From the human T2T-CHM13v2.0 reference genome, Homo sapiens, in assembly GCF_009914755.1 (NCBI RefSeq), contig NC_060940.1: a stretch of DNA of 64,000 nucleotides; one strand, given 5' to 3'. The notes below the pieces were generated by a model. That model was given only the letters and a program-made list of their open reading frames with translations, searched no databases and was not told the origin of the DNA. Of this stretch, positions 13,401 through 28,446 are shown in pieces. Numbering within the stretch: position 1 is the stretch's first letter; each line of letters starts with the position of its first letter. Made by a program: the position numbers and the translations under genes.

Positions 13401-16400
13401 TTACATTCGATTCCATTTGATGATTCCATCTGATTCTATTCGAGGATTCCATTTGATTCCATTCGATGATGATTCCATTCGAGTGCATTCGATGATTTCA
13501 TTCGAGTACATCCAATGATTCCATTCGAGTCCATTTGATGATTCCATTTGATTCCATTTGATTATGATTCTACTAGAGTCCATTCAATGACTCCATTCGA
13601 ATCCATTCAACAATTCCATTCGAGGCCATTCGTTGATTCCATTTCATGATTCCATTCGAGTCCATTTAATCATTACAGTCGAGTCCATTTGGTGATTCCA
13701 CTGGATTTCTTTTGATAATGATACCATTCAATTACATTTGATGATGATCCCATTCAATTTCATTTGATGGTGATTCCATTAGAGTCCATTCGATGATTTC
13801 ATTCGAGTCCCTTCATTGATTCCATCCGATTTTTTTGGATGATGACTCCATTCGAGTCCATTCGATGATTCCACTCGATTCCATTAGATGATTCCATTGG
13901 AGTCCATTTGATTGTTCCATTCGATTCTATTCGATTCCTTTCGAAGATTATTCCATTTGAGTCCATTCGATGATGATTCCATTCCATTCCATTCGATGAT
14001 TCCGTTTGATTCCATTCGATGATTCCCTTCGATTCCATTCTTTGATGATTCCATTCCATTCCATTCAATGATTCCATTCGAATCTATTCCATGATGATTC
14101 CTTTCGATTCCATTCGCTGATGTTTCCGTTCAATTCCATTCGATGATGATTCCATTCGATTCCATTCATTGAGGATTCCATTTGATTCCATTCAATGATG
14201 ATTCCATTCTATTCCATTCAATGATTGCATTCAATTCCATTCAATGATTATCCCATTAGAGTAAACTCAACGATTCCATTCAATACCATTCGATGATGAT
14301 TCCTTTTGAGTCCATTCAATGATTTCATTCAAGTCCATTTGATGATTCCTTTCAATTCCATTCTATGATGATTCCATTCGAGTCCATTCGATGATTCCAT
14401 TCGATTGCATTCGATGATTCCATTATATTCCATTCAACGATGATTCCATTCGAGTCCATTTCATGATTCCATTAGAGTACATTTAATGATTGCTTTGTTT
14501 TCAATTCGAAGATGATTACATTCGATTCCATTCTATGATACCATTCGATTCCATTCAATGATGATTCCTCTCAAATCCATTGGATGATTCCATTCGTGTC
14601 CATTCGGTGATTTCATTAGATTCCATTCGAGGATGATTCCATTCGATTCCATTCGATGATTCCATTCAATTCCATTCGATGATGATTCCATTCCAGTCCA
14701 TATGATCATTCCATTTGATTTCATTCGATGATGATTCCATTCGATTCCATTCGATGATTCCATTCTATTCCATTCGATGATGATTCCATTCGAGTCCATT
14801 CGATGATTCCATTCGAGTCCATTTAATGATTCCATTGGGTTCAATTCAATGATGATTACATTGGATTCCGTTCTATGATTCCATTCAATTCCGTTCATAG
14901 ACAATTTGATTCCATTCGATGATGATTCCATTTGAGTTCATTCGATGATTCTATTCGATTCTCTTCGATGGTGATTCAATTCTATTATATTGGATGATTC
15001 CATTCGATTCCATTTGATGTTGATTCAATTCGATTCTATTCGATGATGATTCCATTGGATTTCACTTGATGATTCTATTCGATTCCATTCAATGATGATT
15101 CACTTCTCGTCCATTGGATGATTCCATTTCATTCCATTCGATGATGATTCCATTCGATTCCATTCGATGATTCCATTTGATTCCATGCGACGGTGAGCAA
15201 TTCGATTCAATTCCATGATGATTCTATTTGATTCAATTAGATGATGTTTCCATTCGAATCCATTCCATGATTATTCCATTGGAATCCATTTGGCGATGAT
15301 TCCATATGAGTCAATTCAATGATGATTCCATATAGGTCCGTTCGATGATAATTCCATTTGATTTCATTCGATGCTTCTATTCTATTCCAGTCGATGATGA
15401 TTCCGTTGGAGTCCATACGATGATTCCATTTGATTTCATTTGATGATGATTCCATTCGATGATGATTACATTGGATTCCATTCTATGATTCCATTCAATT
15501 CCATTCGTTGATGATTCGATTCCATTCAATGATGATTCCATTTGAGTTCATTCGATGATTCTATTCGATTCCGTTCGATGGTGATTCAGTTCTATTATAT
15601 AGGATGATTCCACTCGATTCCATTTGATGATTATTCCATTGTAGTCCACTTAGTGAATCCTTTAGATTCTACTCGAAGATGATTCCATTCGAGTCCATTC
15701 GATGATACCATTCAATTTCATTCGTTGATGCTTCCATTCAAGTGCATTCGATGATATCATTCGATTCCATTTGATGATAATTCCATTTGATTCCATGCGA
15801 TGATTCTATTCGATTCCATTCAATGATAATTCCATTCAATTCAGTGATTCCTCTGGACTCCATTTGATGATGATTCCATTCAATGATTCCATTCGATTCT
15901 ATTCCAAAATGATTCCATTTGAATCCATTTGATGATGATTCCATTAGATTCCATTTGATGATTCCATTCGATTCCATTTGACGATGATTCCATTCGATTC
16001 CATTTGATGATTCCATTCTATTCTATTCGATGATGATTCCATTCCATTCCATTTGATGATGATTGGATTCGATTCCATTTGATGATTTCATTTGATTCCA
16101 TTCGTTAATGATTTCGATCAACTCCATTCGATGATTCCATTTGATTCCATTCGATAATGATTACATCCGAGTCCATTCGATGATTCCATTTGAGCCCGTT
16201 CGATAATTCCATTTGAGTCCAATCAATGATTCCATTCATTTCCATTCAATGATTCCATTCGAGTCCATTTGATCATTCTGGTAGGGTCCGTTCGATGTTG
16301 ATTCCATTGGAGTGCATTCGATGATTCCATTCGAGTCCATTTTAGGATTTGATTCGAGTCCTTTCGATGATTCCATTCGATTCCACTCGATGATGATTTC

Positions 16401-18932
16401 ATTCGAGTCCATTCGACACTTCCAATCGATTCCATTTGATGTTTCCATTCGAGTCCAATTGATGATTCCATTCAATTCCATTCGATGATGATTCCGTACG
16501 ATTCCATTCTGTGATGATTCCATGTGATTGCATTCAATGATGATTCCTTTAGATTGCATTCGATTGTGATTCATTTCGTCTTCATTCTATGGTTCCACAG
16601 GTTTCCATTCGTGTCCATTCCATTATTCCATTCTATTCCATTTGGTGATGATTCCATTCGATTCCATTCATTGGTGATTCCACTCAATTCCATTCAATGA
16701 TTCCATTCCATTTCTTTCAACAATGATTCCATTAGTTTCTAATCGATGATCCACTTGATTCCATTTGACGACGATTCCATTCTTGTCCATTCGATGATTC
16801 CATTTGATTCCATATGATGATGATTCCATTCGATTCCATACCATGATGATTCCATTCGAGTCCATTCAATGGTGATTCCATTCAATTCCATTCGATGATT
16901 CCTTTCGATTCCATTCGATGATGATGGCATTCGATTCCTTTCAATCATTCCCTTTGATTCCATTCAAAGGTGATTTCATTCAAGTCCATTCGATAATTGC
17001 ATTCGATTCCATTCTATGATGATTCCATTCGAGTCCATTTGATGATTCCATTCAATTCAAGTCAATGATGATTCCATTCGATTCCATTCGATGATTCCAT
17101 TGGATTCCATTCGATGATGATTCCATTCAAATCCATTCGATAATTCAATTCAAGTCCATTCGATGATGATTAAAATCGAATCCATTCAAAGATTCCATTC
17201 AGTTCCATTCGATGATTCCCTTAGATTCCATTCGATGATTCCACTTGATTGCATTTACGATGATTCCATTCGATTCCATGTGATGATTCCATTCAATTCT
17301 ATTCAATGCTGTTTCCATTTGATTCCATTCGACCATGATTGCCTTTGATTCCATTCAATGACTCCATTCGGTTCCTTTTGATGATGATTCCGTTCGATTC
17401 CATTTGATGATTCCATTTGATTCCATTGGATGAGTCCATTCGATTACATTCGATGATTATTCCATTCGAGTGCATTAGATGATTCCATTCGAGTCCATTC
17501 GATGATTCCATTCGATTCCATTCGATGTTGATTCTGTTCAAATCCATTCGATGATTCCACTCGATTCCATTCGATGACTCCAGTTGATCCCATTCGATGA
17601 TTTCCTTTGATTCCCTTTGATGATCATTCCATTTGATTCAATTCGGTGATTTCATTTGATTCCATTCAGTGATGTTTCCATTCGACTCCATTCGATGATG
17701 ATTCCATTCGACTCCATTCGATTATGATTTCATTCAATTCCATTCGATAATGATTCCCTTCGAGTCCATTCGATGATTCCATTCGATTCCATTCAACGAT
17801 GATTTGATTCGTGTCCATTCGATGATTCCATTTGATTCCACTTGATGATGATTCCATTCGAGTCCATTTGATGATTCCATTCAATTCCATTCTCCGATGA
17901 TTTCTTTTGAGCCCATTCAATGCTTCCACTCGATTCCATATGATGATGACTCCATTCGATGAAATTCGATGATGATTCCCTTTGATTCCATTCAAAGATG
18001 ATTCCATTCTAGCCCATTCAATCATTCCATTCGATTCTATTCAATGATGATTCCATTCATGTCGATTTGGTGATTCCATTTGACTTCATTTGATGATGAT
18101 TCCTTTCAAGTTCATTAGATGATTCCATTCGATTCCATTTGATGATGATCCCATTGGAGTCCATTCAGTGATTCCACTCGTTTCCATTCCATGATGATTC
18201 CATTCCATTCCATTCAATGATTACATTCGATTCCGTTTGATGATGATTTCATTCGAGTCCATTTGATGATTCCATTTGATTCCATTCGATGATGATTCCA
18301 TTCGATTCCATTCGATGATTCTATTCGAATCCATTTGATGATTTCTTTTGATTATAGTTGGTGATGATTCCATTGGAGTCCATTCAATGATTCCATTCGA
18401 TTCCAATCGATGGTGATTCCATTAGAGTCCATTTAATGATTCCATTTGATTCCAGTCTCTGATGATTACATTCGAGTCCATACGATGATTCCACTCAATT
18501 CCATATGATGATGATTCCATTCGATTCCATTCGATGATTCCATTCTATTCTATTCAATGGTGATTCCATTCGAGTACATTAGATGATTCCATTCGATTCC
18601 ATTCAATGATGATTCTATTTGTGTCCCTTAGATGATTCCACATGATTCCATTATATGATGATACTATTTCAGCCCATCCAATTATTCCCTTCGATTCCAT
18701 TCGATGAGGATTCCATTCGATTCAATTCATTGGTGATTCTATTCAATTCAATTCTTTGATTCCATTCCATTCCATTCGACAATGATTCCATTCGATTTCT
18801 TTCGATGATTCCACTCGATTCCACTTGACATTGATTCCCTTCGATTCCATTCAATGATTCCATTTGATTCCAGTGGATGATGATTGCCATCGATTCCATT
18901 CGATCACTCCATTCTATTCCATTTGATGATGA
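13401..18932 (+). repeat. Deletion-variant unit, 5532 bp (570-bp and 10-bp deletions)
   Basis: Landmark spacing 13401 to 18933. Deletion junction GAAATTCGATGATGATTCCCTTTG near 17961; 10-bp loss near 13630. Confidence 0.85.
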
Positions 18933-21900
18933 TTACATTCGATTCCATTTGACGATTCCATCTGATTCTATTCGAGGATTCCATTTGATTCCATTCGATG
19001 ATGATTCCATTCGAGTCCATTCGATGATTTCATTCGAGTACATCCAATGATTCCATTCGAGTCCATTTGATGATTCCGTTTGATTCCATTTGATAATGAT
19101 TCTACTAGAGTCCATTCAATGACTCCATTCGAGTCCATTCAACAATTCCATTCGACTCCATTCGATGATTCCATTCGATTCCATTTGATGGTTCCATTCG
19201 AGTCCATTTAATCATTACAGTCGAGTCCATTTGGTGATTCCACTGGATTTCTTTTGATAATGATACCATTCAATTACATTTGATGATGATCCCATTCAAT
19301 TTCATTGGATGATGATTCCATTAGAGTCCATTCGATGATTTCATTCGAGTCCCTTCATTGATTCCATCCGATTTCATTGGATGATGACTCCATTCGAGTC
19401 CATTCGATGATTCCACTCGATTCCATTAGATGACTCCATTGGAGTCCATTTGATTGTTCCATTCGATTCCATTCGATTCCTTTCGAAGATTATTCCATTT
19501 GAGTCCATTCGATGATGATTCCATTCCATTCCATTCGATGATTCCGTTTGATTCCATTCGATGATTCCCTTCGATTCCTTTCTTTGATGATTCCATTCCA
19601 TTCCATTCAATGATTCCATTCGAATCTATTCCATGATGATTCCTTTCGATTCCATTCGCTGATGTTTCCGTTCAATTCCATTCGATGATGATTCCATTCG
19701 ATTCCATTCATTGAGGATTCCATTTGATTCCATTCAATGATGATTCCATTCTATTCCATTCAATGATTGCATTCAATTCCATTCAATGATTATCCCATTA
19801 GAATAAACTCAACGATTCCATTCAATACCATTCGATGATGATTCCTTTTGAGTCCATTCAATGATTTCATTCAAGTCCATTTGATGATTCCTTTCAATTC
19901 CATTCTATGATGATTCCATTCGAGTCCATTCGATGATTCCATTCGATTGCATTCGATTATTCCATTATATTCCAGTCAACGGTGATTCCATTCGAGTCCA
20001 TTCCATGATTCCATTAGAGTACATTTAATGATTGCTTTGTTTTCAATTCGAAGATGATTACATTGGATTCCATTCTATGATACCATTCGATTCCATTCAA
20101 TGATGATTCCACTCAAATCCATTGGATGATTCCATTCCTGTCCATTCGGTGATTTCATTAGATTCCATTCGAAGATGATTCCATTCGATTCCATTCGATG
20201 ATTCCATTCAATTCCATTCGATGATGATTCCATTCCAGTCCATATGATCATTCCATTTGATTTCATTCGATGATGATTCCATTCGATTCGATTCGACGAT
20301 TCCATTCTATTCCATTCGATGATGATTCCATTCGAGTCCATTCGATGATTCCATTCGAGTCCATTTAATGATTCCATTGGGTTCAATTCAATGATGATTA
20401 CATTGGATTCCGTTCTATGATTCCATTCAATTCCGTTCATTGACAATTTGATTCCATTCGATGATGATTCCATTTGAGTTCATTCGATGATTCTATTCGA
20501 TTCTCTTCGATGGTGATTCAATTCTATTATATTGGATGATTCCATTCGATTCCATTTGATGTTGATTCAATTCGATTCTATTCGATGATGATTCCATTGG
20601 ATTTCACTTGATGATTCTATTCGATTCCATTCAATGATGATTCACTTCTCGTCCATTGGATGATTCCATTTCATTCCATTCGATGATGATTCCATTCGAT
20701 TCCATTCGATGATTCCATTTGATTCCATGCGACGGTGAGCAATTCGATTCAATTCCATGATGATTCTATTTGATTCAATTAGATGATGTTTCCATTCGAA
20801 TCCATTCCATGATTATTCCATTGGAATCCATTCGGCGATGATTCCATATGAGTCAATTCAATGATGATTCCATATGGGTCCGTTCGATGATAATTCCATT
20901 TGATTTCATTCGATGCTTCTATTCTATTCCAGTCGATGATGATTCCGTTGGAGTCCATACGATGATTCCATTTGATTTCATTTGATGATGATTCCATTCG
21001 ATGATGATTACATTGGATTCCATTCTATGATTCCATTCAATTCCATTCGTTGATGATTCGATTCCATTCAATGATGATTCCATTTGAGTTCATTCGATGA
21101 TTCTATTCGATTCCGTTCGATGGTGATTCAATTCTATTATATTGGATGATTCCACTCGATTCCATTTGATGATTATTCCATTGGAGTCCACTTAGTGAAT
21201 CCTTTAGATTCTACTCGACGATGATTCCATTCGAGTCCATTCGATGATACCATTCAATTCCATTCGTTGATGCTTCCATTCAAGTGCATTCGATGATATC
21301 ATTCGATTCCATTTGATGATAATTCCATTTGATTCCATGCGATGATTCTATTCGATTCCATTCAATGATAATTCCATTCAATTCAGTGATTCCTCTGGAC
21401 TCCATTTGATGATGATTCCATTCAATGATTCCATTCGATTCTATTCGAAAATGATTCCATTTGAATCCATTTGATGATGATTCCATTAGATTCCATTTGA
21501 TGATTCCATTCGATTCCATTCGACGATGATTCCATTCGATTCCGTTTGATGATTCCATTCTATTCTATTCGATGATGATTCCATTCGATTCCATTCGATG
21601 ATTCCATTCTATTCCATTCGATGATGATTCCATTCGAGTCCATTCGATGATTCCATTCGAGTCCATTTAATGATTCCATTGGGTTCAATTCAATGATGAT
21701 TACATTGGATTCCGTTCTATGATTCCATTCAATTCCGTTCATAGACAATTTGATTCCATTCGATGATGATTCCATTTGAGTTCATTCGATGATTCTATTC
21801 GATTCTCTTCGATGGTGATTCAATTCTATTATATTGGATGATTCCATTCGATTCCATTTGATGTTGATTCAATTCGATTCTATTCGATGATGATTCCATT

Positions 21901-24900
21901 GGATTTCACTTGATGATTCTATTCGATTCCATTCAATGATGATTCACTTCTCGTCCATTGGATGATTCCATTTCATTCCATTCGATGATGATTCCATTCG
22001 ATTCCATTCGATGATTCCATTTGATTCCATGCGACGGTGAGCAATTCGATTCAATTCCATGATGATTCTATTTGATTCAATTAGATGATGTTTCCATTCG
22101 AATCCATTCCATGATTATTCCATTGGAATCCATTTGGCGATGATTCCATATGAGTCAATTCAATGCTGATTCCATATAGGTCCGTTCGATGATAATTCCA
22201 TTTGATTTCATTCGATGCTTCTATTCTATTCCAGTCGATGATGATTCCGTTGGAGTCCATACGATGATTCCATTTGATTTCATTTGATGATGATTCCATT
22301 CGATGATGATTACATTGGATTCCATTCTATGATTCCATTCAATTCCATTCGTTGATGATTCGATTCCATTCAATGATGATTCCATTTGAGTTCATTCGAT
22401 GATTCTATTCGATTCCGTTCGATGGTGATTCAGTTCTATTATATAGGATGATTCCACTCGATTCCATTTGATGATTATTCCATTGTAGTCCACTTAGTGA
22501 ATCCTTTAGATTCTACTCGAAGATGATTCCATTCGAGTCCATTCGATGATACCATTCAATTTCATTCGTTGATGCTTCCATTCAAGTGCATTCGATGATA
22601 TCATTCGATTCCATTTGATGATAATTCCATTTGATTCCATGCGATGATTCTATTCGATTCCATTCAATGATAATTCCATTCAATTCAGTGATTCCTCTGG
22701 ACTCCATTTGATGATGATTCCATTCAATGATTCCATTCGATTCTATTCCAAAATGATTCCATTTGAATCCATTTGATGATGATTCCATTAGATTCCATTT
22801 GATGATTCCATTCGATTCCATTTGACGATGATTCCATTCGATTCCATTTGATGATTCCATTCTATTCTATTCGATGATGATTCCATTCCATTCCATTTGA
22901 TGATGATTGGATTCGATTCCATTTGATGATTTCATTTGATTCCATTCGTTAATGATTTCGATCAACTCCATTCGATGATTCCATTTGATTCCATTCGATA
23001 ATGATTACATCCGAGTCCATTCGATGATTCCATTTGAGCCCGTTCGATAATTCCATTTGAGTCCAATCAATGATTCCATTCATTTCCATTCAATGATTCC
23101 ATTCGAGTCCATTTGATCATTCTGGTAGGGTCCGTTCGATGTTGATTCCATTGGAGTGCATTCGATGATTCCATTCGAGTCCATTTTAGGATTTGATTCG
23201 AGTCCTTTCGATGATTCCATTCGATTCCACTCGATGATGATTTCATTCGAGTCCATTCGACACTTCCAATCGATTCCATTTGATGTTTCCATTCGAGTCC
23301 AATTGATGATTCCATTCAATTCCATTCGATGATGATTCCGTACGATTCCATTCTGTGATGATTCCATGTGATTGCATTCAATGATGATTCCTTTAGATTG
23401 CATTCGATTGTGATTCATTTCGTCTTCATTCTATGGTTCCACAGGTTTCCATTCGTGTCCATTCCATTATTCCATTCTATTCCATTTGGTGATGATTCCA
23501 TTCGATTCCATTCATTGGTGATTCCACTCAATTCCATTCAATGATTCCATTCCATTTCTTTCAACAATGATTCCATTAGTTTCTAATCGATGATCCACTT
23601 GATTCCATTTGACGACGATTCCATTCTTGTCCATTCGATGATTCCATTTGATTCCATATGATGATGATTCCATTCGATTCCATACCATGATGATTCCATT
23701 CGAGTCCATTCAATGGTGATTCCATTCAATTCCATTCGATGATTCCTTTCGATTCCATTCGATGATGATGGCATTCGATTCCTTTCAATCATTCCCTTTG
23801 ATTCCATTCAAAGGTGATTTCATTCAAGTCCATTCGATAATTGCATTCGATTCCATTCTATGATGATTCCATTCGAGTCCATTTGATGATTCCATTCAAT
23901 TCAAGTCAATGATGATTCCATTCGATTCCATTCGATGATTCCATTGGATTCCATTCGATGATGATTCCATTCAAATCCATTCGATAATTCAATTCAAGTC
24001 CATTCGATGATGATTAAAATCGAATCCATTCAAAGATTCCATTCAGTTCCATTCGATGATTCCCTTAGATTCCATTCGATGATTCCACTTGATTGCATTT
24101 ACGATGATTCCATTCGATTCCATGTGATGATTCCATTCAATTCTATTCAATGCTGTTTCCATTTGATTCCATTCGACCATGATTGCCTTTGATTCCATTC
24201 AATGACTCCATTCGGTTCCTTTTGATGATGATTCCGTTCGATTCCATTTGATGATTCCATTTGATTCCATTGGATGAGTCCATTCGATTACATTCGATGA
24301 TTATTCCATTCGAGTGCATTAGATGATTCCATTCGAGTCCATTCGATGATTCCATTCGATTCCATTCGATGTTGATTCTGTTCAAATCCATTCGATGATT
24401 CCACTCGATTCCATTCGATGACTCCAGTTGATCCCATTCGATGATTTCCTTTGATTCCCTTTGATGATCATTCCATTTGATTCAATTCGGTGATTTCATT
24501 TGATTCCATTCAGTGATGTTTCCATTCGACTCCATTCGATGATGATTCCATTCGACTCCATTCGATTATGATTTCATTCAATTCCATTCGATAATGATTC
24601 CCTTCGAGTCCATTCGATGATTCCATTCGATTCCATTCAACGATGATTTGATTCGTGTCCATTCGATGATTCCATTTGATTCCACTTGATGATGATTCCA
24701 TTCGAGTCCATTTGATGATTCCATTCAATTCCATTCTCCGATGATTTCTTTTGAGCCCATTCAATGCTTCCACTCGATTCCATATGATGATGACTCCATT
24801 CGATGAAATTCGATGATGATTCCCTTTGATTCCATTCAAAGATGATTCCATTCTAGCCCATTCAATCATTCCATTCGATTCTATTCAATGATGATTCCAT

Positions 24901-27900
24901 TCATGTCGATTTGGTGATTCCATTTGACTTCATTTGATGATGATTCCTTTCAAGTTCATTAGATGATTCCATTCGATTCCATTTGATGATGATCCCATTG
25001 GAGTCCATTCAGTGATTCCACTCGTTTCCATTCCATGATGATTCCATTCCATTCCATTCAATGATTACATTCGATTCCGTTTGATGATGATTTCATTCGA
25101 GTCCATTTGATGATTCCATTTGATTCCATTCGATGATGATTCCATTCGATTCCATTCGATGATTCTATTCGAATCCATTTGATGATTTCTTTTGATTATA
25201 GTTGGTGATGATTCCATTGGAGTCCATTCAATGATTCCATTCGATTCCAATCGATGGTGATTCCATTAGAGTCCATTTAATGATTCCATTTGATTCCAGT
25301 CTCTGATGATTACATTCGAGTCCATACGATGATTCCACTCAATTCCATATGATGATGATTCCATTCGATTCCATTCGATGATTCCATTCTATTCTATTCA
25401 ATGGTGATTCCATTCGAGTACATTAGATGATTCCATTCGATTCCATTCAATGATGATTCTATTTGTGTCCCTTAGATGATTCCACATGATTCCATTATAT
25501 GATGATACTATTTCAGCCCATCCAATTATTCCCTTCGATTCCATTCGATGAGGATTCCATTCGATTCAATTCATTGGTGATTCTATTCAATTCAATTCTT
25601 TGATTCCATTCCATTCCATTCGACAATGATTCCATTCGATTTCTTTCGATGATTCCACTCGATTCCACTTGACATTGATTCCCTTCGATTCCATTCAATG
25701 ATTCCATTTGATTCCAGTGGATGATGATTGCCATCGATTCCATTCGATCACTCCATTCTATTCCATTTGATGATGATTACATTCGATTCCATTTGACGAT
25801 TCCATCTGATTCTATTCGAGGATTCCATTTGATTCCATTCGATGATGATTCCATTCGAGTCCATTCGATGATTTCATTCGAGTACATCCAATGATTCCAT
25901 TCGAGTCCATTTGATGATTCCGTTTGATTCCATTTGATAATGATTCTACTAGAGTCCATTCAATGACTCCATTCGAGTCCATTCAACAATTCCATTCGAC
26001 TCCATTCGATGATTCCATTCGATTCCATTTGATGGTTCCATTCGAGTCCATTTAATCATTACAGTCGAGTCCATTTGGTGATTCCACTGGATTTCTTTTG
26101 ATAATGATACCATTCAATTACATTTGATGATGATCCCATTCAATTTCATTGGATGATGATTCCATTAGAGTCCATTCGATGATTTCATTCGAGTCCCTTC
26201 ATTGATTCCATCCGATTTCATTGGATGATGACTCCATTCGAGTCCATTCGATGATTCCACTCGATTCCATTAGATGACTCCATTGGAGTCCATTTGATTG
26301 TTCCATTCGATTCCATTCGATTCCTTTCGAAGATTATTCCATTTGAGTCCATTCGATGATGATTCCATTCCATTCCATTCGATGATTCCGTTTGATTCCA
26401 TTCGATGATTCCCTTCGATTCCTTTCTTTGATGATTCCATTCCATTCCATTCAATGATTCCATTCGAATCTATTCCATGATGATTCCTTTCGATTCCATT
26501 CGCTGATGTTTCCGTTCAATTCCATTCGATGATGATTCCATTCGATTCCATTCATTGAGGATTCCATTTGATTCCATTCAATGATGATTCCATTCTATTC
26601 CATTCAATGATTGCATTCAATTCCATTCAATGATTATCCCATTAGAATAAACTCAACGATTCCATTCAATACCATTCGATGATGATTCCTTTTGAGTCCA
26701 TTCAATGATTTCATTCAAGTCCATTTGATGATTCCTTTCAATTCCATTCTATGATGATTCCATTCGAGTCCATTCGATGATTCCATTCGATTGCATTCGA
26801 TTATTCCATTATATTCCAGTCAACGGTGATTCCATTCGAGTCCATTCCATGATTCCATTAGAGTACATTTAATGATTGCTTTGTTTTCAATTCGAAGATG
26901 ATTACATTGGATTCCATTCTATGATACCATTCGATTCCATTCAATGATGATTCCACTCAAATCCATTGGATGATTCCATTCCTGTCCATTCGGTGATTTC
27001 ATTAGATTCCATTCGAGGATGATTCCATTCGATTCCATTCGATGATTCCATTCAATTCCATTCGATGATGATTCCATTCCAGTCCATATGATCATTCCAT
27101 TTGATTTCATTCGATGATGATTCCATTCGATTCGATTCGACGATTCCATTCTATTCCATTCGATGATGATTCCATTCGAGTCCATTCGATGATTCCATTC
27201 GAGTCCATTTAATGATTCCATTGGGTTCAATTCAATGATGATTACATTGGATTCCGTTCTATGATTCCATTCAATTCCGTTCATTGACAATTTGATTCCA
27301 TTCGATGATGATTCCATTTGAGTTCATTCGATGATTCTATTCGATTCTCTTCGATGGTGATTCAATTCTATTATATTGGATGATTCCATTCGATTCCATT
27401 TGATGTTGATTCAATTCGATTCTATTCGATGATGATTCCATTGGATTTCACTTGATGATTCTATTCGATTCCATTCAATGATGATTCACTTCTCGTCCAC
27501 TGGATGATTCCATTTCATTCCATTCGATGATGATTCCATTCGATTCCATTCGATGATTCCATTTGATTCCATGCGACGGTGAGCAATTCGATTCAATTCC
27601 ATGATGATTCTATTTGATTCAATTAGATGATGTTTCCATTCGAATCCATTCCATGATTATTCCATTGGAATCCATTCGGCGATGATTCCATATGAGTCAA
27701 TTCAATGATGATTCCATATGGGTCCGTTCGATGATAATTCCATTTGATTTCATTCGATGCTTCTATTCTATTCCAGTCGATGATGATTCCGTTGGAGTCC
27801 ATACGATGATTCCATTTGATTTCATTTGATGATGATTCCATTCGATGATGATTACATTGGATTCCATTCTATGATTCCATTCAATTCCATTCGTTGATGA

Positions 27901-28446
27901 TTCGATTCCATTCAATGATGATTCCATTTGAGTTCATTCGATGATTCTATTCGATTCCGTTCGATGGTGATTCAATTCTATTATATTGGATGATTCCACT
28001 CGATTCCATTTGATGATTATTCCATTGGAGTCCACTTAGTGAATCCTTTAGATTCTACTCGACGATGATTCCATTCGAGTCCATTCGATGATACCATTCA
28101 ATTCCATTCGTTGATGCTTCCATTCAAGTGCATTCGATGATATCATTCGATTCCATTTGATGATAATTCCATTTGATTCCATGCGATGATTCTATTCGAT
28201 TCCATTCAATGATAATTCCATTCAATTCAGTGATTCCTCTGGACTCCATTTGATGATGATTCCATTCAATGATTCCATTCGATTCTATTCGAAAATGATT
28301 CCATTTGAATCCATTTGATGATGATTCCATTAGATTCCATTTGATGATTCCATTCGATTCCATTCGACGATGATTCCATTCGATTCCGTTTGATGATTCC
28401 ATTCTATTCTATTCGATGATGATTCCATTCGATTCCATTCGATGAT
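14723..28446 (+). repeat. Near-identical tandem duplication with 6844-bp period
   Basis: Pseudo-ORF pairs are offset by 6844 from 15237/22081 through 21280/28124. Shared private variants include ATAGACAATT, TATAGGTCCG, CATTGTAGTC and TAGAATAAACTC. Junction near 21567. Confidence 0.93.

Noticed and set aside
17163-17348. Plus-strand ORFs (MMIKIESIQ... at 17163, 24007, 41734, 52371; also 41108)
   Set aside because: Chance stop-free stretches in satellite sequence with no coding features.
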